DNA of 32,000 bases from Candidatus Kuenenia stuttgartensis (GTDB taxonomy: Bacteria; Planctomycetota; Brocadiia; Brocadiales; Brocadiaceae): the NCBI RefSeq assembly GCF_900232105.1, contig NZ_LT934425.1, positions 3,750,001 through 3,782,000 of the forward strand, in the 5' to 3' direction. This document shows, in pieces, positions 9,378 through 19,029 of the stretch (position 1 is its first letter; the number at the start of each line of letters is the position of its first letter). A program made the translations under genes and the position numbers. Under the pieces are notes generated by a model. That model was given only the letters and a program-made list of their open reading frames with translations, searched no databases and was not told the origin of the DNA.

Positions 9378-9813
9378 TTTCTTAATTGAAGGTGCTTATA
9401 CCCACTTCACCGGATGGGAGCGGCTTAATCTTTGAATTTATGGGTAAACCCTTTGCCGAATGCGTAAAGGAACTGTCAAGAGTTGCTTAATATACCATTG
9501 CTATTGGCACATGTGCTACTGCCGGCGGAATATCTGCTGCCTACAATAATCCAACAGGCGCTACAGGGGGTTCAATTTTTCCAGGATAAAACAAGGGGGG
9601 GATTTTAGGTGTAGATTATCGTTCTAAAGCCGGGTTTCCTGTTGTAAATATTCCAGGATGTCCAACCCACCCCGACTGGGTTTTAAAAACCCTTTATCTG
9701 CTTTCACAGAAAAAATTGACTCTCGATGGTCTTGATTATGTCAACCGCCCCGCGCACTTCTTCAATAATCTTGCCCACCATGCCTGCCCCAGGAATGAAT
9801 TCTATGAGTTTAT
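9378..9813 (+). pseudogene. [NiFe]-hydrogenase small subunit, central fragment (frameshift plus two in-frame TAA), 3'-truncated by IS1634
   Basis: FLIEGA / IPTSPDGSGLIFEFMGKPF...(TAA 9488-9490)YTIAIGTCATAGGISAAYNNPTGATG...(TAA 9587-9589)...FPVVNIPGCPTHPDW...LD..NRPAHFFNNLAHHACPRNEFYEF. All are hallmark small-subunit motifs (GTCA..GG, NPTGA, PGCPP.PD, H..C.R). Confidence 0.65.
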
Positions 9814-11912
9814 CCCAACTTCGACAAATTTATCCTGAAAAAGGCAAGAAATTGAGCGTATAATAGTCGTAACCTATTGGTATGGTTGAATGTTGCTTTC
9901 GGCGTTTAATGTAGTGCCTGAATATTATTGTTTATGCTTGCGGCGCCATTGCTTACATGGTAAAATACCGGTGTGTTTATCCGTGAAAAGATCAAAAAAG
10001 TGAATGGCGGGAAGAGCTACATACAACACCAACTCATCGAATCCATTCGCACCCCTTCAGGGCCAAGACAGCAAATAGTCTTAAACCTTGGGCAGCTTAG
10101 TCTGCCCGAGGAGAAGTGGAAGACCCTTGCCAATTGCATTGAAGGATTTTTAGCAAATCAAAAAACGTTGTTTCCTCAAGATCCTGAAATAGAGGCGAAA
10201 GCAAGGCATTATGCCAGCCAGATAAGACAGGAGCGGTTGGACAGGGCGCAAGAACGTATTACCGGCGGTGAATCAGCAGGGGAAGAACCTGCTCAATACG
10301 AGCACGTGAATATTAATTCCCTGATAACAAATGATGCAAAGACCGTAGGCGCCGAACACGTGGCCATAAGCCAAATGAATGAATACGGGTTTGATAAGAT
10401 ATTGCAAGGGCTTGATTTTACAGATGACCAGATTGCCTATTCCAAGATGCTCATTGTGGGGAGAATGGTTCATCCCGGCAGCGAGCGTGATACCGTGCGA
10501 TGGCTTTCTGAAACAAGCGGGGCGGGAGAGCTGTTGGACTCAGGGGTTAAACTGTATGATAAAGCGCTGCATCGCGCGGCAGTCTTGCTTTGGGAGAATC
10601 ATGCCGCCATAGAGCAAGAGTTGTCAAAGCGGGCGCGAGAGATATTTTCCCTTAAAGAGACGGTGATTTTATATGATTTAACAAATACCTATTTTGAGGG
10701 TAGCAAAAGAGGGAGTAAGGTGGCCCGGCGCTACAAATCAAAAGAGAGCCGTAATGATTGTCCGTTAATTACGCTATCCCTTACCGTTGATGAAGAGGGA
10801 TTTCCCAAGCAGAGCAAGGTTTTTGAGGGCAATGTGTCGGAGCCTGGTACCCTAAAAGATATTTTGGATGGATTAAAAAAAGAAGACGGTATGTTTTCAA
10901 ATGATAGAACGATAGTTATGGACGCAGGGGTTGCAACGGAAGAGAACATTGCGCTTATCAGGAAGAGTGGCTATAAATATGTGGTCGTCTTGCGCAAGAA
11001 ATCTTTTGAAGATACTTTTTGGCCTGAAACGGACGAAGAGAAGATTATGTTATCAGACGGGAAAACAACGTTGGGCATGAAATTAGTCCGTACTGAAGAA
11101 GAGGCATTCCTTTTATGCCACAGCGAGGCAAAAGAGGCAAAAGAGGCAAAAGAGAAGTCCATCCTTTCCCTGAAAGAACAAAGGTTTGAAGAGGCGCTCT
11201 CGGCAATAAAAGAAGGATTAGAGAAGCCAAAAAGACAGAAAAAATATGATACGATCATAGAGAGGATAGGCCGGTTAAAAGAACGCTACAAGGTGGGCAA
11301 TTTATATACGATCAAAGTGGAACAGACGGATGGCAAAGCGACCGATATCAAATTTAAGAAAAATGCTCAGGCGCAAGCAAAGGAAGAAGCCATAGGCACG
11401 TATGTATTACGGACAAACCGACTTGATCTTAGCGGGGAAGAGATATCAAAGCTCCATAGGTCGTTGAGTACTGTTGAGGAAAGTTTTAAAACAATGAAAG
11501 GCAACCTTGGTTTACGGCCAAACTTTCACCACACAGATACCCCAACCATTGCCCACGTGCATGTCACTGTATTGGCCTATCACATACTTGCCGGGATATT
11601 AAAAAAGCTAAGAACCGCAGGGGTTCATTATAATTGGAATACGATTCGTAATATCCTTGCCACCCATATAAGGGTAACAACGACCATGAACACAAAGGAC
11701 GGCTGCGTTATTGACGTCAGAACCTGCACAGCGCCCACGGAAAAGCAGCACACGATTTACAATAAACTACAAATTAAACATACACCATTAGGCAGAAAAA
11801 ATATAAAATCACCCATGAAAACTCAAAGATGTAGTGCCGAAAAATGAAGGACTAAAGTCGTATCACATTGGCAATAAAAGAGATACGATTTCTGCTTGTC
11901 GAAGTTGGGTTA
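9811..11912 (+). mobile_element. IS1634-family insertion sequence, apparently intact
   Basis: Terminal inverted repeats TATCCCAACTTCGACAA (9811-9827) and TTGTCGAAGTTGGGTTA (11896-11912): 14 bp perfect, 16/17 overall. Single full-length transposase ORF. No obvious short TSD. Confidence 0.8.
9973..11847 (+). CDS. IS1634-family DDE transposase
   Basis: 624-aa ORF with GTG start. ILYDLTNTYFEG and IVMDAGVATEEN motifs and overall architecture are typical of IS1634-family transposases. Contains a 9-bp x3 microrepeat (AKEAKEAKE, about 11124-11153). Confidence 0.85.
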   Translation: MFIREKIKKVNGGKSYIQHQLIESIRTPSGPRQQIVLNLGQLSLPEEKWKTLANCIEGFLANQKTLFPQDPEIEAKARHYASQIRQERLDRAQERITGGESAGEEPAQYEHVNINSLITNDAKTVGAEHVAISQMNEYGFDKILQGLDFTDDQIAYSKMLIVGRMVHPGSERDTVRWLSETSGAGELLDSGVKLYDKALHRAAVLLWENHAAIEQELSKRAREIFSLKETVILYDLTNTYFEGSKRGSKVARRYKSKESRNDCPLITLSLTVDEEGFPKQSKVFEGNVSEPGTLKDILDGLKKEDGMFSNDRTIVMDAGVATEENIALIRKSGYKYVVVLRKKSFEDTFWPETDEEKIMLSDGKTTLGMKLVRTEEEAFLLCHSEAKEAKEAKEKSILSLKEQRFEEALSAIKEGLEKPKRQKKYDTIIERIGRLKERYKVGNLYTIKVEQTDGKATDIKFKKNAQAQAKEEAIGTYVLRTNRLDLSGEEISKLHRSLSTVEESFKTMKGNLGLRPNFHHTDTPTIAHVHVTVLAYHILAGILKKLRTAGVHYNWNTIRNILATHIRVTTTMNTKDGCVIDVRTCTAPTEKQHTIYNKLQIKHTPLGRKNIKSPMKTQRCSAEK

Positions 11913-12313
11913 AGCCTTTCCCGCTCATCTCTGCCTTGATTTTCGGTTGTCTTTTGCTGTATTTTTTTGCTATATTCTTCATCGAAATGGTGAATCTCCT
12001 TTCAGGTGTTTTTTGTTATCAATATACCGCCGAATACCTTGGAAATCCTACCATTTCAATCCTATTCCTGCAACAAGGCTTTGCCTTGTTTGCAGGATTT
12101 AGGTAACAATCAAAGGCCAAAAAGCTAGTTGCCAGAAGATCCCGCGTCCGCGGCAACAATCACATGAATTATTAGAGGCATTACAGATAAAGTTGCCAGA
12201 AGTATTGCCAAGCCGGAACATACGGGTAGTCACTAGAAAAAAGCTTGCTGTTCGGCGTAAAAGCCAATAAATATAAGGCTTTTACGGCACTTTTGTTTTT
12301 TGACTTGGGGTGA

Positions 12314-13351
12314 ACATCCGTTATAGACGGGAGTAAATTCAGGGCGAATGCCTCTATAAATAATACGTGGGATGAAAAGAAGTGCGGGAAATATTTAGAG
12401 ATAGCGGAGAAAAATATAGAAAGGATAATGGAAGAAGCCGAACGGATAGACAAGGAAGAAGACAGTAAGGGGTCATTAGTGAAGCTAAAAGAAGAGCTTC
12501 AGAGCAATGAGAAATTGCAGGCGAAGGTAAAAGAGATATCGAAGAAACTCAAGGAGAGCGGTAAAGAGAAGATCAATACTACGGATAGTGATAGTGTCAA
12601 TGGCAAGACAAGGCAGGGGAGTCATGCAATAATGAATTGCCAGGTAAGTACGGACAAGAAACACGGATTAATAGTAAACAGCGAAGCCGTTAGTCAGAAC
12701 AACGATCTGAATCAACTCTCAGGGCAGGTGAAACAATGTACAGAAACCTTGGGGAAGCCGCTGGCAGAGGTAGTGAGCGATGCGGGATATTTCAGTCTTA
12801 AAGATATAGAGAAAGTACCGGAAGATGTAAAGGTAATAATGCCGGGCAGAAGGCAGGCGCAAAAAGAGAACAAGAAAACGGAGTTAGAGCCGTTTGGTAA
12901 GGAAGAGTTTAGCTACGATAAGGAAAAGGATGTATATATTTGTCCTGAAGGAAAGATACTTGAGAAGAAAGGATTCGCATTTGGTTCTGAGGAGAAAGTA
13001 AGTTACAAGGCCGTAGGTAAAGAGTGTCGTGAATGCCGGCATTTTGGAAAATGCACTACCTGCAAAGATGGTAGGCGGGTAGTGCGAATGGTAAAACTAG
13101 AAGAACTTAAAGAGCGACTCGAAGAAATATACCACGAGGAAGAAAGCCAGAAGCTCTATAAATTGCGTAAAGAAAAGGTAGAATTACAATTTGGTCATAT
13201 GAAACGGAATTTAGGAGCCGGTCAATTTTTATTGCGGGGCAGGGAGGGGGTTAATGCAGAGCTATCAATTCTATCAACCTGTTTTAACATGGCGAGAATG
13301 ATAACCATAATTGGTGTGCCAATGTTGATTGCAAAGTTCAATAGCATGTAA
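12314..13351 (+). pseudogene. IS1182/IS5-superfamily transposase, 5'-truncated and decayed
   Basis: The frame of ORF 12428-13351 stays open upstream to the TGA at 12311-12313 and reads SVIDGSKFRANAS (the family's DGTKI.ANAS motif). Then VSDAGYFS, Cys-rich CPEGK...CRECRHFGKCT, and C-terminal QFGHMKRNLG..FLLRG...V..E..L....NMARM. Further stops lie upstream, and the N-terminal third is missing. Confidence 0.6.
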
Positions 13352-13502
13352 AACCAGAGGGATTAGACACCGGAATGCACTAATAAAGATATACTACGGG
13401 AATTTTTAGACCTGCTACAAAATAAAGTGTCGAAAAAAATTATTCTATACTTTTTAAGCCGAATATACACCATCGCTGCAACTTTTATTTGACTCAGTCT
13501 GT

Positions 13503-13725
13503 CCGGCTTGGGAACGGGATTGTTTGAGAAGCTCCAGCTTCGAATGAAAAAGAGAATGGGCACATGTCAGCTTATACTTTTCAGTATATTATCAAGATAT
13601 TTGGCGTCCTATTTTGAGCCGAATAATGCTTGCTGAGTGGAAGCGAGAGCTTCCAATACCATTGCGTTCCCAAGCCGGAGCTTTGGAACGAGCATTTTTG
13701 TTTTTTCAAAAAACTAAAGTGTTAC
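13503..13725 (-). repeat. MITE family B, copy B1 (one end missing), inverted relative to B2
   Basis: About 90% identical by eye to the reverse complement of 20644-20888. Retains the terminus TTTTTCAAAAAACTAAAGTGTTAC (ends 13725). Carries a 24-bp segment deleted in B2. The far terminus is absent left of 13503. Confidence 0.75.
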
Positions 13726-14609
13726 AAAAAAGCCGATACCACCCGATTGAATTCTTCCGGACGTTCTCTCGTCAACCAGTGCCCGCATTTATTAATAACA
13801 TGCAGCCGTGCGTTTTTAATTAATGAGGCCGCCTGTTGTGCATAGTACAAAGGAACAAGGGAATCACATTCTCCGTGAAGCAATAATGTCCTTGTCTGCA
13901 ATTCATGAAAACGTTGTGCGTAACACGTTAGCATGCTATTCCATAATACCTCATTCCTTAGCCATGAAAAGAATGCCTTTTCAGTGCATGGACGTTGTGC
14001 GACCGTATGTATTTCATGCACCAGTTCTTTGGAAATCAACCGGCGGTCATAGAATGTTTTTTGTAAACAACTTCTTACAACAAAATGGCTTCTCCTCATG
14101 CATTCACAGATAATTTTACTAAAAAACGGCATATGTAATAATAAATACGATAACGTATGATAAGGAGCTTTGTGTTGTAATCCATAACTGCCAGCCAAAA
14201 CAATATTACTTACGCGTTCAGGGGAAATAAGGGTATATCCCAGCACGGCAGCACCTCCCATTGAAAGGCCAATGAGGCTTGCCTTTTGTAGTTGCCATGC
14301 ATCCATCAAGCGGCTAAGGAAATCTATTAACAGGTCATTTGTATAATTGCCTGTAAAGGCGGAACTCTGCCCGTATGATGGCCAGTCAGGCGCAAATACT
14401 TTATATTTTTGCGATAAATGTGGAATAATATATTTCCACGAAAGCATGGCGGAATTTGTACCCCCTCCATGAAGAAGTACAACATTCCGGTCCCCGTCGC
14501 CGGATACGAAGTAATGTATTGTTGCGGAGCCAACCTTTATCCAGTTCTCTCTCATAGACATATAAAATATACAGCGCAGCAAAGCTGCAACCAAAATGTA
14601 GAGATGCAC
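13722..14609 (-). CDS. alpha/beta-fold hydrolase
   Basis: HGGG oxyanion region, nucleophile elbow GLSMGG, C-terminal CGHW catalytic His region. The true start may be the internal MSMRENW (14561). The stop codon TAA (13722-13724) lies inside the MITE B1 terminus. Confidence 0.8.
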   Translation of the reverse strand: MHLYILVAALLRCIFYMSMRENWIKVGSATIHYFVSGDGDRNVVLLHGGGTNSAMLSWKYIIPHLSQKYKVFAPDWPSYGQSSAFTGNYTNDLLIDFLSRLMDAWQLQKASLIGLSMGGAAVLGYTLISPERVSNIVLAGSYGLQHKAPYHTLSYLLLHMPFFSKIICECMRRSHFVVRSCLQKTFYDRRLISKELVHEIHTVAQRPCTEKAFFSWLRNEVLWNSMLTCYAQRFHELQTRTLLLHGECDSLVPLYYAQQAASLIKNARLHVINKCGHWLTRERPEEFNRVVSAFL

Positions 14610-14884
14610 AGCCGTGCGTCTCTACTTTAGCCACGAAGAATACAAAGGGCACGAAGAAAAACTTACAACAAAAGAGGTTTTTACAGGGCAATACTATAGT
14701 ATCTGAAAAATTGCACAAATATAACTAAATTCTGCAGTAGGATACAAATTTACGCAGAAAAGGGACCCACAGATTACACGGATTAAAAAATTCGTAGTGA
14801 TACGGGGCGCCGTGTCTATACATTGTGTTGCGTGCGGAGAGAAAGAAATTCCCTTGAATGCATTGTAAATAAAGGTAAAATGAG

Positions 14885-16081
14885 ATGGAAAAATATTTTA
14901 TTGAAGAAAAACACACGAATTCCCTTAATCAACCATTCCTAATGCACAGAATAAGAAAGCCGTTATTGCCCCTTTACCTTCACATCCCCTTTTGTTCTAA
15001 AAAGTGTGATTATTGCGATTTTAACTCTATTGTATCAGAAGCAGATATAATCGACCGTTATATAAATGCCCTTGAAAAGGAGTTAAATGCCTTTGCGGAG
15101 AGATATGCCTGCGATACCGTGTACGTTGGCGGAGGAACACCCACAATATTAAATGAAAACCAGATAAAGACCCTACTTCATAGTATCAGGAGATGTCCTG
15201 AAAATGCCGATGCGCCGGAATACACGGTGGAGGCAAATCCTGGCACTCTGACGAGAGGCAAAGTAAGGTTGTTGAAGGAATACGGCGTCAATCGCATAAG
15301 CGTGGGGGTGCAATCATTTCAGGATAGGTATTTAAACTTTCTTGGCAGAATTCACACAAGTGCAGTTGCAGTTCAAAGCATAGAGTTGATTATCTCCGAG
15401 GGGTTTAAAAATGTCAATATTGACTTAATCTTTGGATATCCGGGGCAGACATTGGATGAATGGATACGGGATTTACGAATGGCTGTGGAATTGCAACCGG
15501 AGCATATATCAACGTATGCCCTTACCTATGAGGGAGAGACTCCGTTAGCAAAAAAGGCAGTAAATGGCGCTATTAGTAAATTAGATGAAGAGATTGAATT
15601 AAAAATGTATAAAACGGCTATACGTTTTTTGCATGAAAATAACTATTGTCATTATGAAATATCAAATTTTGCCAGGCTTGGTTACGAATGTGTCCACAAC
15701 ATAAATTACTGGAATAATAAGCGGTATATAGGCATTGGCGCCGGCGCATGTTCCTTTCTTGATGGTGAAAGAACTATGAACGAAAGGAATGTGCTGCAAT
15801 ACATAAAGGCAATAGAGGACAACACAGAGGTAAAGGTGTTTCGTGAATCTTTGCCGCAGCGCAAATATGCATCTGAAACTATTGTGATGGCCTTGCGTAT
15901 GCTTCGTGGTATTTCCGGAACTGAATTTTATGACCGTTTTGGTTATAAAATCGAGGATCAATTTGGAACACAGATGAAAGATTTGCAATGCCTTGGATTG
16001 GTGAATTACGATGATAAAAGGCTGAAACTGACGGAAAAAGGCTTATTTGTGGCTGACAGTGTTATGTCGGAATTTTTATAA
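14885..16081 (+). CDS. hemW: HemN-family radical SAM protein (heme chaperone HemW / oxygen-independent coproporphyrinogen oxidase-like)
   Basis: LYLHIPFCSKKCDYCDF (CxxxCxxC), GGGTPT, and a HemN C-terminal domain. The start could instead be the ATG at 14942 (MHRIRKP). Confidence 0.8.
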   Translation: MEKYFIEEKHTNSLNQPFLMHRIRKPLLPLYLHIPFCSKKCDYCDFNSIVSEADIIDRYINALEKELNAFAERYACDTVYVGGGTPTILNENQIKTLLHSIRRCPENADAPEYTVEANPGTLTRGKVRLLKEYGVNRISVGVQSFQDRYLNFLGRIHTSAVAVQSIELIISEGFKNVNIDLIFGYPGQTLDEWIRDLRMAVELQPEHISTYALTYEGETPLAKKAVNGAISKLDEEIELKMYKTAIRFLHENNYCHYEISNFARLGYECVHNINYWNNKRYIGIGAGACSFLDGERTMNERNVLQYIKAIEDNTEVKVFRESLPQRKYASETIVMALRMLRGISGTEFYDRFGYKIEDQFGTQMKDLQCLGLVNYDDKRLKLTEKGLFVADSVMSEFL

Positions 16082-16106
16082 CGGTTGTTTTTTAGGAGTA
16101 ACGAAA

Positions 16107-16664
16107 TTGATTAGTGCTACTGAAATGAAAAAGGGTGGAGTGATAAAACTCGATAATGATCTGTATGTGGTGGTAGAATCTCAGCACGTAACCCCGGGCA
16201 ATTGGCGTGGTATGGTACAGGCAAAATTGAGGAACTTAAAACAGGGGAATATTGTTCAGAAGCGCTTCCGGTCAACTGATAAGGTTGAAGATATATTTCT
16301 CGAATACCGCACTATGGAGTATTTGTATAAGGAAGGTGATAGCTACTGCTTCATGGATACGGAAAATTATGAACAAATAATGTTGCCGAAAGAAGCGGTG
16401 GAAGATGCTATTCCTTACATGAAACTGAATACACAGGCAAGAATAGCTTTTTATGAAAATAAGGCACTGTCGGTAGAGCTTCCTACTTCCGTTGTTTTGG
16501 AAATAGTTGAGACAGATCCAGGAATGAAAGGAGATACCGTCGTGAATGTTTATAAACCTGCTACCCTGGAAACAGGACTCATCATAAAAGTGCCGCTCTT
16601 TATAAATACCGGCGAAAAGGTAAAAGTAGATACAAGGACCGGTGAATTCCTGGGCAGGGAATAG
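16107..16664 (+). CDS. efp: translation elongation factor P
   Basis: The tracked ORF (16047) is over-extended. A TTG at 16107, 8 nt after AGGAG, gives a 185-aa protein (M)ISATEMKKGGVIKLDNDLYVVVESQHVTPG... colinear with EF-P through the C-terminal KVDTRTGEF motif. Confidence 0.9.
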   Translation: MISATEMKKGGVIKLDNDLYVVVESQHVTPGNWRGMVQAKLRNLKQGNIVQKRFRSTDKVEDIFLEYRTMEYLYKEGDSYCFMDTENYEQIMLPKEAVEDAIPYMKLNTQARIAFYENKALSVELPTSVVLEIVETDPGMKGDTVVNVYKPATLETGLIIKVPLFINTGEKVKVDTRTGEFLGRE

Positions 16665-16680
16665 TCACCGTCATTATTTA

Positions 16681-16826
16681 AATGTTTAGTACCTTAGCAG
16701 TAATTATTTTGCACACTTCCATGCGTCAGTGCGTGCTTTTTGGCAAGATATTTAATGGTGAAATTGGTCTATTATAAGCTTATGACGATTTTCGTATTTA
16801 ATGCTTATTTGGTTCTGGCTATGCCA
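16681..16826 (-). repeat. dispersed repeat family C, copy C1
   Basis: Reverse complement of 19944-20074 and of the outer parts of 24120-24325. Shared core CACCATTAAATATTTTGCCAAAAAGCACGCACTGACGAATGGAAGTGTGCAAAGAAATTACTGC. Confidence 0.8.
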
Positions 16827-16879
16827 ACTAAGGCAGCCTGATTTAAATATACGAAGTTCTGAAAGAGAATGAGGAGAAA

Positions 16880-17863
16880 ATGGGCATAGAAGATTCTATA
16901 AGAACGTATGGCGCAAAGATTGATGATATGCTCAGGGAACTGATTCCCGTAGACGAAAAAAACTATCTCAGCGAGCCGATATGGTATCACATGAACACAA
17001 AAGGTAAACGGGTACGCCCGGCAATATGTCTTATCACGTGTGAAGCATTGGGCGGCAACCCTGAGAATGCATTAAGCTTTGCCCTTGCGATAGAAGTGTT
17101 GCATAACATGTTTCTTATGCATGATGATATTGAGGATGGCGATACCGTAAGGCGGGACCAACCCACCGTATGGGTAAAATATGGAACGGCAAATGCAATA
17201 AACGCCGGCGATTATCTTCTTGCATGCGCCTATAAAAGCACGCTTGCAAGTCCCGTTGCTCCGGAAAAACGCTTAAAATTATTAGAGGCATTGACGTTGA
17301 CCTATGGGAAAACGGTGGAAGGCCAGGCCCTTGATATTAACGCACGCGCCGCAGAAAGTTTTACTGTGGCTGCATATATGAAAATGGTGGAACTTAAGAC
17401 GGGTTATTATCTTGCTTGCGGAATGGTGGGCGGCGCTATTGTTGCCGGCGCCTCAAACGAAGTGGTCGAAAAGATATGGATGCTTGGCAAAAACATGGGG
17501 CCTGCATTCCAGATACGGGACGATCTTATTGACCTGACGCATGGAAAGGGACGTGGGGGGGTTATCGGTTCTGATATAAAAGAGGGGAAAGCCAGTTTCC
17601 TCTATTCATATGTTTTGCAAATTGCTTCCGGGGAACAAAAGAAAAAACTGCGCGAAATTATGTTAAAACCACGGGAAGAAACAACTGCTGATGATATAGA
17701 ATGGGTGCTTGATGTGTATAGAAGATATGATGCGATGAAATATGCCCAGGATTATGCGGAAAATCTGGTGCAACAAGCATACAAAACAATTAATGAGATA
17801 CCCGTTGACGATAAAACAATATTCAAAGAAATAGCATCTTTTATGGCACAGCGCATGTCGTAA
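16880..17863 (+). CDS. polyprenyl diphosphate synthase (GGPP/short-chain trans-prenyl synthase family)
   Basis: First and second Asp-rich motifs LMHDDIEDGD and FQIRDDLIDL. 327 aa. GAGGAG RBS upstream. Confidence 0.85.
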   Translation: MGIEDSIRTYGAKIDDMLRELIPVDEKNYLSEPIWYHMNTKGKRVRPAICLITCEALGGNPENALSFALAIEVLHNMFLMHDDIEDGDTVRRDQPTVWVKYGTANAINAGDYLLACAYKSTLASPVAPEKRLKLLEALTLTYGKTVEGQALDINARAAESFTVAAYMKMVELKTGYYLACGMVGGAIVAGASNEVVEKIWMLGKNMGPAFQIRDDLIDLTHGKGRGGVIGSDIKEGKASFLYSYVLQIASGEQKKKLREIMLKPREETTADDIEWVLDVYRRYDAMKYAQDYAENLVQQAYKTINEIPVDDKTIFKEIASFMAQRMS

Positions 17864-17919
17864 TACCCACCTGGGAAAAGAGTTTTCCTCGAAGAAGGGC
17901 AAAGAGGGGCGGCAGTAAC

Positions 17920-19029
17920 TTGAGTAATTTAATCAACCGGCTTGCTATTGGTGCATATGTGTATCCCGGCTGGCATGCGTGCCCTGAACGTGACCGTAAT
18001 TTCCCTCATGGCTGGTGCGAGTGGGATCTTGTACTGAATGCGCCTTCCCGTTTTGCAGAACACAATCAACCTCGTATCCCGTTGTATGGGCCATACGATG
18101 ATTCACTCCCTTCCACCTCACAAAAACAGGTCTGTCTTGCCCGTGAATACGGGATCGATTTTTTTGTTCACGGGTTTTTCTGGTCAAGAGGAAAACGGGT
18201 ATTGGGCGCGGCGCTTGATAACGGTTTTCTCGGCAAAGGCGGGGGCGGCGATTTCCCGTTCTCACTTATGTGGGCGAATCGAATGCCACGTGGTGTTTTG
18301 CCTGTCAGGCATGATCATGGACCGGAAATAGATCCAGGCAGATTGGTATATACCGACCCCGATGATTTTATGGAATTGATTCAATATCTTGAAGAAAGAT
18401 ATTTTTCAAGGACGAACTATTTTCTCATTGATAACATGCCGTTGTTTTCCATTTTCGACAGTGCCTTTTTTTTAAGGCAACTGGGAGTTGACCTTGCCTG
18501 CAAAGCGATAAAACGGGCGAAAGAGTATCTTGTGAGAAAAGGGTACCGGGGACTACATATCATGGCGATCAATCCGCCGGTGACAATGATCATGGAATTT
18601 AAAAGAGCAGGCTTTGACAGTTTAAGCCATTACGTGTGGCTGCCTGAGTGGAAAGGTGGGTATCTGCAGGATTATGGCGAACTGACTGGTATCCGAAGCG
18701 GTGAATGGAACTATTTTGCCGAAGGATCAAACCTTGCCTATTATCCTTCCGTGTCTCCCGGCTGGGATGCTTCGCCACGCGGAGAATTACATGGAAACCA
18801 AAAACCCTTCCGCTATCCATGGTGGCCAATTGTGGTGAATGAACATCCGGAACTGTTTTCAGGATTTCTCAGGAAAGCAATACATTATACAATGAGAAAC
18901 AACACGACTCCGCTTTGTTTTATAGCGTCATGGAATGAGTGGAGTGAAGGGCATTATCTGGAACCTGACGCCCGTTTTGGCACGGCATGGCTTGAAGCGG
19001 TGAGAAAGGAGAAACACAATGCCATCTGA
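17920..19029 (+). CDS. WbsX-like / glycoside hydrolase family 99-like domain protein
   Basis: YVYPGWH..PERD...GWCEW..V..A..RF..HNQPR.P..G.YD and DFPFSLMWAN motifs match the Glyco_tran_WbsX (GH99-like) family pattern. TTG start. Visibly higher G+C than neighbouring genes. Confidence 0.7.
   Translation: MSNLINRLAIGAYVYPGWHACPERDRNFPHGWCEWDLVLNAPSRFAEHNQPRIPLYGPYDDSLPSTSQKQVCLAREYGIDFFVHGFFWSRGKRVLGAALDNGFLGKGGGGDFPFSLMWANRMPRGVLPVRHDHGPEIDPGRLVYTDPDDFMELIQYLEERYFSRTNYFLIDNMPLFSIFDSAFFLRQLGVDLACKAIKRAKEYLVRKGYRGLHIMAINPPVTMIMEFKRAGFDSLSHYVWLPEWKGGYLQDYGELTGIRSGEWNYFAEGSNLAYYPSVSPGWDASPRGELHGNQKPFRYPWWPIVVNEHPELFSGFLRKAIHYTMRNNTTPLCFIASWNEWSEGHYLEPDARFGTAWLEAVRKEKHNAI

Noticed and set aside
11913-11985. 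Minus-strand ORF start MKNIAKKYSKRQPKIKAEMSGKG called as an IS1380-family transposase gene
   Set aside because: Only 24 codons remain before the IS1634 terminus. The resemblance to IS1380 N-termini (KIK.E....LT..GG) is too short to support a feature call. It is mentioned only within the IS pile-up finding.
13614-13845. Tracked small ORFs translating repeat sequence (13614-13823, 13630-13845, the 5' extension of 20068-20718, 24115-24369, 24934-25158, the 5' extension of 27602-28645, 30267-30587, 30283-30486, 30491-30778, 23384-23611, 23450-23719)
   Set aside because: Their similar peptides (for example MLSGSESFQYHC / MLNGSESFHYHC, MRYNTCSPTGRCEYLQKIRN / MLYNICQPTGMCEYLQKIRN) arise because they read through MITE/repeat copies. 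They have no RBS and no family resemblance, and their frames are broken between copies.
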